From: Bacilli bacterium
GTDB lineage: Bacteria; Bacillota_I; Bacilli_A; RF39; UBA660
DNA length: 64,000 nt
Assembly (NCBI GenBank): GCA_016293205.1
Contig: JAEDES010000002.1
Span: forward strand, 4,351-68,350
Reading direction: 5' to 3'
In this document: one piece after another, positions 29,053-39,465 of the stretch
Layout of the letters: each line of letters opens with the position of its first letter
How positions within the stretch are numbered: the first letter of the stretch is position 1
Translations under genes and position numbers: made by a program
Notes under the pieces: model-generated
The model's database searches: none
Told to the model about the DNA's origin: nothing
What the model saw: the letters and a program-made list of their open reading frames with translations, nothing else

Positions 29053-30588
29053 CTATTCTAAATTTAACTTTTCTTTGTCAATTCTTTGGAATAAAGCACT
29101 TGGTTGTCCTAATTCATAAGAATTATCAACTAAATAAGTATAATCTTTCTTATCATTATTTATTTGTTTTAAGATTTCACTACTTGTACTAGGCATAAAT
29201 GCTTCTAACATAGAACCACATACACGAATAGATTCTAATAAGTTATAAATAACTGTTTCTAATCTATCTAATTGAGCATCATCTTTAGCTAAAACCCAAG
29301 GAGTAGTTTCATCAATATATTTGTTTGATAATCTTAATACATTAAAGATTTCAGTCATAGCATCAGCTACTTGTAATGCTTCCATCTTAGCAGATACTTT
29401 TTCATCTAATTCTTTAATAGAATTAATAAATTTATCATCTAATTGAGCATCTACTACATTTTTATTAGTAACTTTTCCATCAAAGTATTTATTACCCATT
29501 GAAATAGTTCTTTGTACTAAATTTCCTAATACATTTGCAAGTTCACTATTAATCTTTTCAATTAATAAGTCATAAGTAATATTACCATCATTTGCAAATG
29601 GAATTTCATGTAATAAATAGAATCTAACTGCATCTACACCAAACTTATCTACTAAATCATCAGCATAAATAACATTTCCTTTAGATTTACTCATCTTGTC
29701 ACTACTTGTTAATAACCAAGGATGTCCAAATACCTTTTTAGGTAATTCTAGGTCTAATGACCATAAGAAACAAGGCCAATAAATAGTATGGAATCTAATA
29801 ATATCTTTACCAATTAAATGTAAATCAGCAGGCCATAACTTCTTGAATTCATCACTTTCATTATCAACATCATAACCAATATTAGTAATATAATTTGTTA
29901 AAGCATCTAACCAAACATAAACAACATGTTTTGAATCAAAATCTACAGGAATTCCCCATTTTAATGTAGTACGTGAAACACATAAATCTTGTAATCCTGG
30001 TTTAATAAAATTATTTAACATTTCATTCTTTCTAGATACTGGTTGAATAAAATCAGGGTGATCTTCAATATATTTTTCTAATTTTTCTTGATAATTACTT
30101 AATTTAAAGAAATATGCTTCTTCACTTTCTTCATGAACATCTCTACCACAATCAGGACATTTTCCATCCACTAATTGAGATTCAGTCCAGAATGATTCAC
30201 AAGGTGTACAATAAAGTCCTTTGTAAGTATCTTTATAGATATCTCCTTTGTCATACATCTTTTTAAATATATGTTGAACAACTTCTTTATGTTTTTTATC
30301 AGTAGTTCTTACAAAACGATCATAACTTGTATCCATTAAATCCCAGATACGTTTAATTTCTCCTGCTACATCATCAACAAATGCTTGTGGTTCTACTCCT
30401 GCAGCAGCAGCCTTTTCTTCAATTTTGATACCATGTTCATCTGTACCTGTTTGAAAATAAACATCATATCCTTTTAATCTTTTCCATCTAGCAATTGCAT
30501 CTGCTAAAACAATCTCATAAGTATTTCCAATATGAGGTTTACCAGAAGTATATGCAATAGCTGTTGAAATATAATACTTTTCTGCCAT
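29053..30588 (-). CDS. metG: Methionine--tRNA ligase (short form, no C-terminal tRNA-binding domain)
   Basis: 511 aa with HIGN (KPHIGNTYE), a CPDC zinc knuckle and KMSKS. Confidence 0.95.
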   Translation of the reverse strand: MAEKYYISTAIAYTSGKPHIGNTYEIVLADAIARWKRLKGYDVYFQTGTDEHGIKIEEKAAAAGVEPQAFVDDVAGEIKRIWDLMDTSYDRFVRTTDKKHKEVVQHIFKKMYDKGDIYKDTYKGLYCTPCESFWTESQLVDGKCPDCGRDVHEESEEAYFFKLSNYQEKLEKYIEDHPDFIQPVSRKNEMLNNFIKPGLQDLCVSRTTLKWGIPVDFDSKHVVYVWLDALTNYITNIGYDVDNESDEFKKLWPADLHLIGKDIIRFHTIYWPCFLWSLDLELPKKVFGHPWLLTSSDKMSKSKGNVIYADDLVDKFGVDAVRFYLLHEIPFANDGNITYDLLIEKINSELANVLGNLVQRTISMGNKYFDGKVTNKNVVDAQLDDKFINSIKELDEKVSAKMEALQVADAMTEIFNVLRLSNKYIDETTPWVLAKDDAQLDRLETVIYNLLESIRVCGSMLEAFMPSTSSEILKQINNDKKDYTYLVDNSYELGQPSALFQRIDKEKLNLE

Positions 30589-30612
30589 CTTTCATCTCTC
30601 CCTTTTAAATAT

Positions 30613-30864
30613 CAAAAAAAAATTATTATAAACATAAGGACGACAAAAATCGCGGTACCACCTTACTTTATAATAATTTGATATTATACACTCAAATAGT
30701 TAACGCCTATCTACGACTATACCTACATATCGATATAGTAGTTCAGAAGCCATATCTTATAACTTTCATTAATCCTCCACTTTCACCTTACAGAGGTCTC
30801 TACAAAAAACTACTGATTACAGACTCTTCATCATAACTTTTATAAACTCTAACTCGAGCTCTTG
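30613..30864 (-). promoter_or_regulatory. T-box riboswitch leader of metG
   Basis: The conserved T-box sequence GGTGGTACCGCG lies on the minus strand at 30662-30651. An extended -10 TGTTATAAT is at 30879-30871. The terminator stem AAATTATTATAAAGTAAGG...CCTTATGTTTATAATAATTT is followed by a U-run. A candidate AUG specifier at 30753-30751 is unverified. Confidence 0.8.
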
Positions 30865-30888
30865 CCCTAGATTATAACACATCATTTT

Positions 30889-31371
30889 TTATTCTTCAAT
30901 ATATTTTTCTAAAAAAGAACCCATCATTTTGACTAAATTCCTATCTATTTCAACGATTTCACTTTCTTTTGTTAATAAAATAATGCCCCCAACAACATCA
31001 CTATTAACAATAATAGGACATAAATAATATGAATAATCTCCATCAATAGAATCTATAATCTTTCTCTCATTTAATAAATCAATAAGTTTTTCTGAAATAT
31101 TAACATCTTTAACATCAATCCCAAAACTACATATAAACTTATCAGTATCACATAATAAAATACTCTTTTTACTAGAATCATACAAAACAGAACATAATAA
31201 ACAACCAATCTCTTCAATACTTTTAATCTTAGAATACTTAGTTAACTTAATAACCTCATCATTAAACTTAATCTCAATCATATCACCATCTTTAATTCTC
31301 ATTAAACTTCTAATCTCTTTTGGAATAACAATTCTTCCTAATTCATCTATTCTTCTTACAATTCCTCTCAT
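30889..31371 (-). CDS. spoVT: Stage V sporulation protein T (AbrB-type N-domain plus GAF-like C-domain)
   Basis: MRGIVRRIDELGRIVIPKEIRSLMRIKDGDMIEI matches the SpoVT/AbrB swapped-hairpin domain. The length is about 160 aa. Start set at the internal Met after an AAAGGAA RBS. Confidence 0.8.
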   Translation of the reverse strand: MRGIVRRIDELGRIVIPKEIRSLMRIKDGDMIEIKFNDEVIKLTKYSKIKSIEEIGCLLCSVLYDSSKKSILLCDTDKFICSFGIDVKDVNISEKLIDLLNERKIIDSIDGDYSYYLCPIIVNSDVVGGIILLTKESEIVEIDRNLVKMMGSFLEKYIEE

Positions 31372-31421
31372 AATATTATTCCTTTCTAGAATTATTATTG
31401 CCAATTACTTACAATTAATAC

Positions 31422-31444
31422 AAAAAAAGAAGACTAAGTCTTCT
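31422..31444 (-). terminator. Rho-independent terminator after the 219-aa hypothetical gene
   Basis: Hairpin AGAAGAC-TTA-GTCTTCT followed by a U7 run on the minus strand. Confidence 0.6.
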
Positions 31445-32102
31445 ATTTTTCATTAAATAATCTTGAGTTTTCTAAAGTAAATAAGTATCTTTCAGATTGT
31501 TCCTTTACTCCATTAATTAAAGTAGTATCTTTAACTAAAATCTTAATATCAATATTTTCAAGTAATTGTCTTTGGTAAGTACCATTAACAAATTTAGTTA
31601 TATCATCAACAATCTTCTTCATTTTAGCTTCATCTTCTACTTCACTAAATAATTTATTAATATTTTTTATAATATCTTTTTCAACACATTCTTTTAAATC
31701 ATCTTTTAAAATCTTCTTAATCTTTTTATTAATAACCTCTAAGTCTTTTTTTCTAATTTTAAATATATCTGTATCTTTTTCAAACTTATAATTATTAATT
31801 AAATCATTTAATACATCAAGTCTCTCTTTTTTTACAACATTACCACTTTTTGCAAGATCCTTTCTATATTTATCCATCATATGATCTAAAGATTCTATAT
31901 TCAAAATAATATGATTCTTTTTTGCTATATCTAAAAACTTTGTCTTAATAACATCCATAGAATCTAGAGGAGGCTTCTTAATTAAAGACATTAGATCTTC
32001 ATCTACTAATACATTAGTATTATTCTTTATTGTTTCTAATATGGCTAATTTGTAATTATTTAAATGTTGTTCCTTAAATTTCAATAAAGTATCTTCCATC
32101 AT
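31443..32102 (-). CDS. Hypothetical Lys/Asp-rich helical protein
   Basis: 219 aa with no TM segment and no motif I recognise. Sits between mfd and spoVT. Confidence 0.5.
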   Translation of the reverse strand: MMEDTLLKFKEQHLNNYKLAILETIKNNTNVLVDEDLMSLIKKPPLDSMDVIKTKFLDIAKKNHIILNIESLDHMMDKYRKDLAKSGNVVKKERLDVLNDLINNYKFEKDTDIFKIRKKDLEVINKKIKKILKDDLKECVEKDIIKNINKLFSEVEDEAKMKKIVDDITKFVNGTYQRQLLENIDIKILVKDTTLINGVKEQSERYLFTLENSRLFNEK

Positions 32103-32143
32103 CTACACTCCCAGTATATTAAATTTAACAATTAAATTCAAAA

Positions 32144-35100
32144 TTAGTCAATAGAATCTCCAAATTTATCATAAATTTTATCTAATAATTCAACTAAGTA
32201 ATATACAGGATGTTTTTCTAACTTAATAATATCTAAAACAATTACTAAATTACTTCCCCTACTTATAAATCTAAACATATTAGTAACATAGAATGCATCC
32301 ATAAATATTTCTTCTGTGTCAAGTTTTTCAACTACTTCTCCTGGGAAAGAAATCTCTATAGAATTCTTGCTTTGTCTAACATTACTAATCTTAAGTTTTT
32401 TAGCAAGTTTTTCAAACCACTCTTCATACATATAAACAATTAAATCATCTTCTAACTTACCAAATCTATCTTCTAACTCATTCTTAATAGATTCAAATTT
32501 CTCTTTTGAATCAATTTCATTAATTTTTCTATGAATTTCAATCTTAAGTTCATCTTCAGAAACATAATTATCATCAATATGAGTTGCAACATTAAGAAGT
32601 GGGGCAGAATCAGTAGTCTCTTCTTCAACAACCTCAATATTCTTTTTACGACTAACTTCATCATTAAGCATCTTTAAATATAAATCAATTCCAACTGAAT
32701 CAATAAATCCTGCTTGTTCGCTACCAAGAATATCTCCTGCTCCTCTTATTGATAAATCGCGAGTAGCAATAGAAAATCCTGATCCTAACTCAGTAAACTC
32801 TTTAATTACATTTAATCTCTTAACAGCAGACTCACTTAAAGACTTAAATGGTTGATACATAAGATATGCATAAGCAAACTTATCACTACGACCAACTCTA
32901 CCTCTAATTTGATACAACTGACTAAGACCAAATCTATCTGCATCCATAATAATTAATGTATTAACATTAGGAATATCAATACCAGTCTCAATAATGGTAG
33001 TACATACCAATACATCATATTCATGATTTGTAAATTCAAAGATTTTACTCTCTAACTCATTCTTTGTCATTTGACCATGTGCAATCGCAACACGAGCATC
33101 AGGAACTAAATTACAAATTCTATTTTTAGCTTCTTCAATAGATTGAACTCTATTATAAAGAATAAATACTTGTCCATTACGTGATAATTCTTTATATATA
33201 GCATCCCTAATAATTTGTTGATTCTCTTCAATTACATATGTTTGAACAGGATATCTATTAACAGGAGCAGTCTCAATTAAAGATAAACTTCTAATACCAA
33301 CTAAAGACATTTGTAAAGTTCTAGGTATTGGAGTTGCTGTTAAAGTTAAAACATCAACATTAGTCTTATATTGTTTAATCTTTTCCTTATGCATTACTCC
33401 AAATCTTTGTTCTTCATCTATTACAAGTAATCCTAAATCTTTAAGTTTAACATCATCACTAAGTAATCTATGAGTACCAAAAACCATATCAATAGTTCCA
33501 TCTTTTAATCCATCAAGAATTCTTTTAGTTTCTTTAGGAGTTGTAAATCTATTTAATAAACCAATTGATACAGGAAAATTCTTAAATCTTTCTTTAGCAT
33601 TTTCATAATGTTGGTTAGATAAAATCGTTGTAGGACAAAGAAATAATACTTGTTTAGAATCAAGAATAGCTTTAAATGCCGCTACAAAAGCAACTTCTGT
33701 CTTACCAAAACCAACATCACCACATAGTAATCTATCCATCGGTTGAGGTCTTTCCATATCCGCTTTAATTTGACTAATTGCTTGAATTTGATCCTTGGTA
33801 AGTTCATAAGGAAAATCATTTTCAAAATCAATAGACATATCACAGTCCTCAGAAAAAGCATATCCACGACGTGATTCTCTTTCTGCATATAAAGCAAGTA
33901 ACTTATCCGCAACATCATTAATCTTCTTACGAACTCTTTCTTTAGTTTTAGCCCATTCTACTCCATCTAATTTATTAACTTTAGGAGCAACACCCTCTTG
34001 TCCAGAATATTTACTAAGTAAATCAATCTTCTCAACAGGTATATAAATCTTATCAGTACCTAAATATAAAACTTCTAAATAATCTTTAGATATACCACTA
34101 ACAGTAAGCGTCTTAATACCATTATAAACACCTATACCATGAACATTATGAACTACATAATCACCAACAGCTAACTTAGCAATATCCTTAATACTAGAAG
34201 AATATTTAAATTTAGTATTATATTTCTTTTTCTTTTCAATATTATTAAATAATTCTTTAGACGATAAAACAACCAAATCTTTATAAATAAAACCTTGATT
34301 TACATCACCTTCAACTAAATTAACTCCACCAAATACAATATTATCAAAGTCAACTTCATGCAATTTCATATTTAAATTTTTAATTAAACTACGTATTTGA
34401 TACTTCTTAAGAATAATTACAACAGTTTTACCACTATCAGTACAACTACGTATATATTTATTAATTAATTCACTATTCTCATTAAAATTACTAATACTTT
34501 TGACACCAAAATCAACAACATCACTAATATTAACATTACTAGTGAGATTATTTAATGAGAAGTAATACATTGGATAATCTACAGATATATCATTTAAATT
34601 AAACATATAATTGCCACTAAACTCAGTATCTTTAGATTCCTTATATGTAACAATCTCTTCTAATATATGATTAAATCCTACTTCTATTTGATCATAATCC
34701 TTAAATATAGTAATAGAATCATCTAAATAATTAGAAATAGATTCTACTTTATTATATTTAGGAAGAAACTTTTGTTTACCAAACTCTTCTTCTGAAACAT
34801 CCTCATCTACTAAAAATTCAAAATATGGTTTAACAATAATACTATTTGTACTTTTAATAGACTTTTGACTATCAGTATCAAAATATCTAATAGATTCGAT
34901 TTCATCATCAAAAAATTCAATACGTATAGGATTTTCTTCATCGACAGGAAAAATATCTACAACAAATCCTCTAACACCAATTTCTCCAGTCTTACTAACA
35001 ACTGTATCACGACAATAACCACTATTAATAAGCTTAGAAATCAAATCTTTTGGTTCAATAGTCATTCCGACTTTAAGTTCAAGAATATGATCAACATAAC

Positions 35101-35461
35101 TCTTCTTAGAAGGTAAATATCTTAAATACCCCATTAAATTAGTAATAACAATAGAACTTTCATTTTCTAATATCTTATTAATTGTCTCTAATCTATTAAT
35201 TTGTAAATCAGGACTAATCGCCAATGCTTCACTAGTAAGAAAATCATCCATTGGAAATAAATAACATTTATCAGTATAGTTACTTAAAGAAGAATATAAA
35301 TTATTAGCTTCAAATAAAGAATTAACAACAACCAATATATTCTTCTTCTCTTTTTTTAATAATCTGCTTAAATAAGCACAAAAAAACTCATCGGTAACAC
35401 CAACGATACCCATGTTTTTTTTCGCATCAACTTGTATAAACTTATCAAGAAAATTCATCAT
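32144..35461 (-). CDS. mfd: Transcription-repair coupling factor
   Basis: 1105 aa with a UvrB-homology N-terminus, an RNAP-interaction domain and a superfamily-2 helicase (GDVGFGKTEVA, DEEQRFG). Confidence 0.95.
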   Translation of the reverse strand: MMNFLDKFIQVDAKKNMGIVGVTDEFFCAYLSRLLKKEKKNILVVVNSLFEANNLYSSLSNYTDKCYLFPMDDFLTSEALAISPDLQINRLETINKILENESSIVITNLMGYLRYLPSKKSYVDHILELKVGMTIEPKDLISKLINSGYCRDTVVSKTGEIGVRGFVVDIFPVDEENPIRIEFFDDEIESIRYFDTDSQKSIKSTNSIIVKPYFEFLVDEDVSEEEFGKQKFLPKYNKVESISNYLDDSITIFKDYDQIEVGFNHILEEIVTYKESKDTEFSGNYMFNLNDISVDYPMYYFSLNNLTSNVNISDVVDFGVKSISNFNENSELINKYIRSCTDSGKTVVIILKKYQIRSLIKNLNMKLHEVDFDNIVFGGVNLVEGDVNQGFIYKDLVVLSSKELFNNIEKKKKYNTKFKYSSSIKDIAKLAVGDYVVHNVHGIGVYNGIKTLTVSGISKDYLEVLYLGTDKIYIPVEKIDLLSKYSGQEGVAPKVNKLDGVEWAKTKERVRKKINDVADKLLALYAERESRRGYAFSEDCDMSIDFENDFPYELTKDQIQAISQIKADMERPQPMDRLLCGDVGFGKTEVAFVAAFKAILDSKQVLFLCPTTILSNQHYENAKERFKNFPVSIGLLNRFTTPKETKRILDGLKDGTIDMVFGTHRLLSDDVKLKDLGLLVIDEEQRFGVMHKEKIKQYKTNVDVLTLTATPIPRTLQMSLVGIRSLSLIETAPVNRYPVQTYVIEENQQIIRDAIYKELSRNGQVFILYNRVQSIEEAKNRICNLVPDARVAIAHGQMTKNELESKIFEFTNHEYDVLVCTTIIETGIDIPNVNTLIIMDADRFGLSQLYQIRGRVGRSDKFAYAYLMYQPFKSLSESAVKRLNVIKEFTELGSGFSIATRDLSIRGAGDILGSEQAGFIDSVGIDLYLKMLNDEVSRKKNIEVVEEETTDSAPLLNVATHIDDNYVSEDELKIEIHRKINEIDSKEKFESIKNELEDRFGKLEDDLIVYMYEEWFEKLAKKLKISNVRQSKNSIEISFPGEVVEKLDTEEIFMDAFYVTNMFRFISRGSNLVIVLDIIKLEKHPVYYLVELLDKIYDKFGDSID

Positions 35462-35462
35462 A

Positions 35463-36032
35463 TCACCTATTTTTACGATTATACTTACTCATTAAATCTC
35501 CAAATGGTAATTTAAAATAATCATCTATTACTTCAACTAATTCATCAAATAACTTATTATATGCATCAGTATCAGTTTTTGAAAATTTACCTAAAACATA
35601 ATCCTTCATATCAGCGTCTTTATCTTTAGAAATACCAATCTTCAATCTCTTATACTCTGATGAAGATAAACAATTCTCTATATTTCTAAGACCATTATGT
35701 CCTCCACATGAACCTTTATCTTTTAATTTAAAATTACCAGTTAATAAATCCATATCATCAGAAAAAACTAATATATCACTAATGTCTATCTTAAAATAAC
35801 TCATAAATTGATTAACAACAGTACCTGACAAATTCATATAAGATTGAGGTTTTAAGAAGATAACTTTCTCTCCACCAACTAAAGATTCAACGTATAAACC
35901 ATTAAATTTCTTTTTCCAATCAGCAGGAATACCTTTTTTATTTAAATAATAATCTATGAACATAAAACCAATATTATGTCTAGTATTATCATATTCCTTA
36001 CCTGGATTACCTAATCCTATAATTAATTTCAT
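35463..36032 (-). CDS. pth: Peptidyl-tRNA hydrolase
   Basis: 189 aa with the canonical Pth sequence MKLIIGLGNPGKEYDNTRHNIGF. Confidence 0.95.
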   Translation of the reverse strand: MKLIIGLGNPGKEYDNTRHNIGFMFIDYYLNKKGIPADWKKKFNGLYVESLVGGEKVIFLKPQSYMNLSGTVVNQFMSYFKIDISDILVFSDDMDLLTGNFKLKDKGSCGGHNGLRNIENCLSSSEYKRLKIGISKDKDADMKDYVLGKFSKTDTDAYNKLFDELVEVIDDYFKLPFGDLMSKYNRKNR

Positions 36033-36039
36033 ATTATCA

Positions 36040-36879
36040 CTACTTTCCTAAATGATATTCTTTATAAACTATTGATTTGGCAACATTTCTTTCTTTTGCA
36101 ACTAACTTAATAGCATCTTTCTCACTCATACCATCATCTACATATACTTTTACATGGTCAATGATACTCATACTACTATAATCAACTACATCACTATTAC
36201 CTTCAACGATAATAACAAATTCACCTTTCATTTCATCAACTAAATCAATTAGTTCACTAATCTTACCTCTACATATTTCCTCATGAATCTTAGATATCTC
36301 ACGATTAATACTAATATTTCTATCACCAAATACTTCCAACATATTCTTTAAAGTATCTTTAATTCTATGAACTGATTCATAAAAGATCATAGTATATTTT
36401 AAATTTTTTAATGATTCTAATTCACTCTTTTGTTTAGAATTCTTAGCATTTAAGAATCCGTAAAATAAAAATGGAGATGGACTAATTCCAGAAGAAGTTA
36501 ATGCAGGTACAAATGCAGTAGCACCTGGTAAACTTATAACATTGTAACCACATCTAATTACTTCTCTAGCAATTATATAACCAGGATCGCTAATAATGGG
36601 AGTTCCTTGATCTGTAACCAGACCAATATTCATACCTTTACTTAATTCATCAACAACATTACTCTTAATTTTATCTTCATTAAACTCGTGACAACTAACA
36701 AGTTTTTTCTTTATATTATATTTACTTAGAAGTTTACCTGTTTCTCTAGTATCTTCACATAATATAAAATCAACAGTTTCTAATGTCTTTAATGCTCTAA
36801 CAGTAATATCATCTAAATTACCTATAGGTGTTGGTATTAAATATAAACTAGCACTATCATCATAACTCTTTTGACTCAT
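36040..36879 (-). CDS. rsmI: 16S rRNA (cytidine1402-2'-O)-methyltransferase
   Basis: 279 aa tetrapyrrole-methylase fold (LYLIPTPIGNLDDIT, CEDTR). Confidence 0.9.
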   Translation of the reverse strand: MSQKSYDDSASLYLIPTPIGNLDDITVRALKTLETVDFILCEDTRETGKLLSKYNIKKKLVSCHEFNEDKIKSNVVDELSKGMNIGLVTDQGTPIISDPGYIIAREVIRCGYNVISLPGATAFVPALTSSGISPSPFLFYGFLNAKNSKQKSELESLKNLKYTMIFYESVHRIKDTLKNMLEVFGDRNISINREISKIHEEICRGKISELIDLVDEMKGEFVIIVEGNSDVVDYSSMSIIDHVKVYVDDGMSEKDAIKLVAKERNVAKSIVYKEYHLGK

Positions 36880-37616
36880 TACTTTACCTCCACTAATAAC
36901 TTCTTATACTCCTCTGTCTCACTATCATCTTCATTATATAGAATGAAAGGATTTTCTACTTTTAAGCCTACTTTTCCATTTTTTTGACCTTCAATAAGAA
37001 CCAAAGTTGATTCTTTATTACTCTTTTCATGTACAAAACGAACCCTTTTAGGTTCAATATTATTCTTTCTAAACTCACTTAAAATCTCCATTAAGCGGTC
37101 AGTTCTATGTACAATAGCAAAATTTCCATTATTTTTCAACAATTTTTTAACAATAACCATTAATTCACTTAATGTAATTTCAACCTCATGTCTAGCTATA
37201 ACCTTTTCAATATTATCATTAAAAAAATTCTTATCATTAACTTTAAAATACGGAGGATTACATGTAATTAAATCAAAAGACTCAAATGTTTCATCCGAAA
37301 CATAATCCTTCATATTAGTATTTATAATTTCAATAACATCATTAAGACCATTATAATCAACCGATCTTTTAGCCATATCAGCTAACTTACTTTGTAATTC
37401 TACTCCAATAATTTTCTTATCACATCTAAGCGACATAATTAATGGAATAGCACCATTTCCACAACCTAAATCTACTATTTTCTTATCTTTAAGTCTAATA
37501 GTAGCAAAATTAGCTAACATAATACTATCTAATGAAAAAGAAAAACAATCAGTATCCTGAAATATTTTTCTATTTTTATATCCTAATATATCATTTAGAA
37601 CTTCCATTTTTATCAT
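36879..37616 (-). CDS. SAM-dependent methyltransferase, tRNA1(Val) m6A37 TrmN6/YabB-like
   Basis: 245 aa with DLGCGNG and the NPPY motif (CNPPYF). Position equivalent to Bacillus yabB. Confidence 0.75.
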   Translation of the reverse strand: MIKMEVLNDILGYKNRKIFQDTDCFSFSLDSIMLANFATIRLKDKKIVDLGCGNGAIPLIMSLRCDKKIIGVELQSKLADMAKRSVDYNGLNDVIEIINTNMKDYVSDETFESFDLITCNPPYFKVNDKNFFNDNIEKVIARHEVEITLSELMVIVKKLLKNNGNFAIVHRTDRLMEILSEFRKNNIEPKRVRFVHEKSNKESTLVLIEGQKNGKVGLKVENPFILYNEDDSETEEYKKLLVEVK

Positions 37617-38394
37617 CCTTTGAAAATTCTACTATTCCTTTTTCTTTTAAATCAACACTATAAGTTTGTTTAAATACATCCACACTAACAACTTTACCCA
37701 TACCTTGTTCAGTATCGGCAATCATACCTATTTTAGGTAAATCTTTCTTTAATTCAGTATAAACATCATTTTCATAATCTAAACAACATAATAATCTTCC
37801 ACAAACACCATTAATCTTAGACGGATTTAAAGCTAACATTTGATTTTTAGCCATATTTATAGAAACACTATTAAAATCATTTAAAAATGAACTACAACAT
37901 AAAAATAATCCACATGGCCCAAGTCCACCAACTTTTTTAGCCTTATCTCTTACTCCTATTTGTCTTAATTCAATTCTAGTCTTATACTTTTGAGCAAGTT
38001 TCTTAGCAAGTTCTCTAAAATCTACTCTGTTATCTGATAAGAAATTAAATACTAATTGATTTTTATCTAAACTATAAAAAGCATCAACAAAGTTCATTTC
38101 TAATTCTAAATCTTTACTATATTTTTTAGCATCCTTTAATGCTTCTTCAGCCTCTGTATTATTCTTTTCATTTACTTTTATATCTTCATCAGTTGCTTTT
38201 CTAATTACATTTAATAAAGGTAAATTTAAATTATCTTCTTTTTCTTTATAATTAGCTTTAACAACAGTACCTAATTGCATACCATTTTCACTATCAATAA
38301 CAACTAAATCATTTTTAGCAAATTCCATACAATTAGGTGATAAATAATAAACTAAATTACTAGAATTTAATCTAACTACTACTACATCTACCAT
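37591..38394 (-). CDS. ricT: PSP1-domain protein RicT/YaaT
   Basis: 267 aa with Cys-rich GPCGLFLCCSSFL...CGRLLCC motifs typical of YaaT. Follows holB. Confidence 0.85.
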   Translation of the reverse strand: MVDVVVVRLNSSNLVYYLSPNCMEFAKNDLVVIDSENGMQLGTVVKANYKEKEDNLNLPLLNVIRKATDEDIKVNEKNNTEAEEALKDAKKYSKDLELEMNFVDAFYSLDKNQLVFNFLSDNRVDFRELAKKLAQKYKTRIELRQIGVRDKAKKVGGLGPCGLFLCCSSFLNDFNSVSINMAKNQMLALNPSKINGVCGRLLCCLDYENDVYTELKKDLPKIGMIADTEQGMGKVVSVDVFKQTYSVDLKEKGIVEFSKDDKNGSSK

Positions 38395-38395
38395 A

Positions 38396-39241
38396 TTAAC
38401 CTCCTATCATTTTTGCAAATAGAGAATCTAACCATAACTTATAATTAATATTATACTCTAACTTTTTTAATTCACTTTCAATTATAGAAATTAAATTTGT
38501 AATATACGAAGATTTTACACCACTAAGTATAGATATAACTTCACTATTACAAGTAAATTCACTATATGTTAAATATTTCAAATAACTAATTAAAATATTT
38601 TCTAACTCTATTAATCTTTCTTTTGCAGTTACTTTATCAGGTAATATATTAGTAAGAATATCATTATAATTAATAAATAACTTACTCTTACCAACTATAC
38701 TATCCAACAAATCTAATATCTCATTAGAAATTTCCACAATAGATTCTTCCTTCTTTAAGGAAAGAATTTGACACCTAGAAAGAATTGTTTCTATTACTAA
38801 ATAACGATTAGTAGTAAGTAATATTGCAACAATATCATCCTCAGGTTCCTCTAAAAACTTCAAAATTGTATTAGCAGATGAATCATTAAATTTATCTGCT
38901 TCTTTTATAATATAAATTCTTTTATTATCAAGTAATGATTTATTATTAAATTCCTCTTGCAATGAAGTCATTTGTTTCTTTCTAATTAAATTACCCTCAG
39001 GTTCAATTATTTTTAAATCAACATAATTTCCACTATCAATTTGACTACAAATATTACATTTTCCACAATTCAAACATTTACTATTTTTATCATCTCGACC
39101 ACATAAAATTAATTTAACAAAGTCTAAAACACATTGGTAGTCATCTTCATAATTATCAACTTCAATCAAATAAGCATGCGATAATCTATTTAAACTACTA
39201 ATATTATCAATAATCTTATAAAATTGAACTCTATTATTCAT
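38396..39241 (-). CDS. holB: DNA polymerase III subunit delta'
   Basis: About 281 aa, AAA-like, with the zinc module CLNCGKCNICSQI and the SRC motif (LSRCQ). The ATG at 39241 is preferred over the TTG at 39244. Confidence 0.85.
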   Translation of the reverse strand: MNNRVQFYKIIDNISSLNRLSHAYLIEVDNYEDDYQCVLDFVKLILCGRDDKNSKCLNCGKCNICSQIDSGNYVDLKIIEPEGNLIRKKQMTSLQEEFNNKSLLDNKRIYIIKEADKFNDSSANTILKFLEEPEDDIVAILLTTNRYLVIETILSRCQILSLKKEESIVEISNEILDLLDSIVGKSKLFINYNDILTNILPDKVTAKERLIELENILISYLKYLTYSEFTCNSEVISILSGVKSSYITNLISIIESELKKLEYNINYKLWLDSLFAKMIGG

Positions 39242-39250
39242 CAAACCACC

Positions 39251-39427
39251 TCACAATACTAAATAATAAAATAAAACTAATAAAAACAAACCAGGACATC
39301 CAAATAAAACAACAATCCCAGCAGTAATATAATTAATTGGAATCATTAAATTAAAATTAACTGATATTAAATTAAATCCATATAACAAAAGTAAACTAAA
39401 TATAACTTTCTTAATTATTTTAAACAT
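39251..39427 (-). CDS. bofA: Pro-sigma-K processing inhibitor BofA (58 aa; absent from the ORF track)
   Basis: Manual translation gives MFKIIKKVIFSLLLLYGFNLISVNFNLMIPINYITAGIVVLFGCPGLFLLVLFYYLVL, preceded by a GGAGGC RBS. The PIN...T.....G.PG motif and the position after recR match Bacillus bofA. Confidence 0.65.
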   Translation of the reverse strand: MFKIIKKVIFSLLLLYGFNLISVNFNLMIPINYITAGIVVLFGCPGLFLLVLFYYLVL

Positions 39428-39465
39428 TATAGCCTCCTAATGAAGACTATGAATTTTAAAAAAAA

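Noticed and set aside
29965-29980. parS-like 16-mer TGTAGTACGTGAAACA inside metG
   Set aside because: It matches only 13/16 positions, with the left half-site disrupted. It lies within coding sequence and is probably not a functional ParB site.
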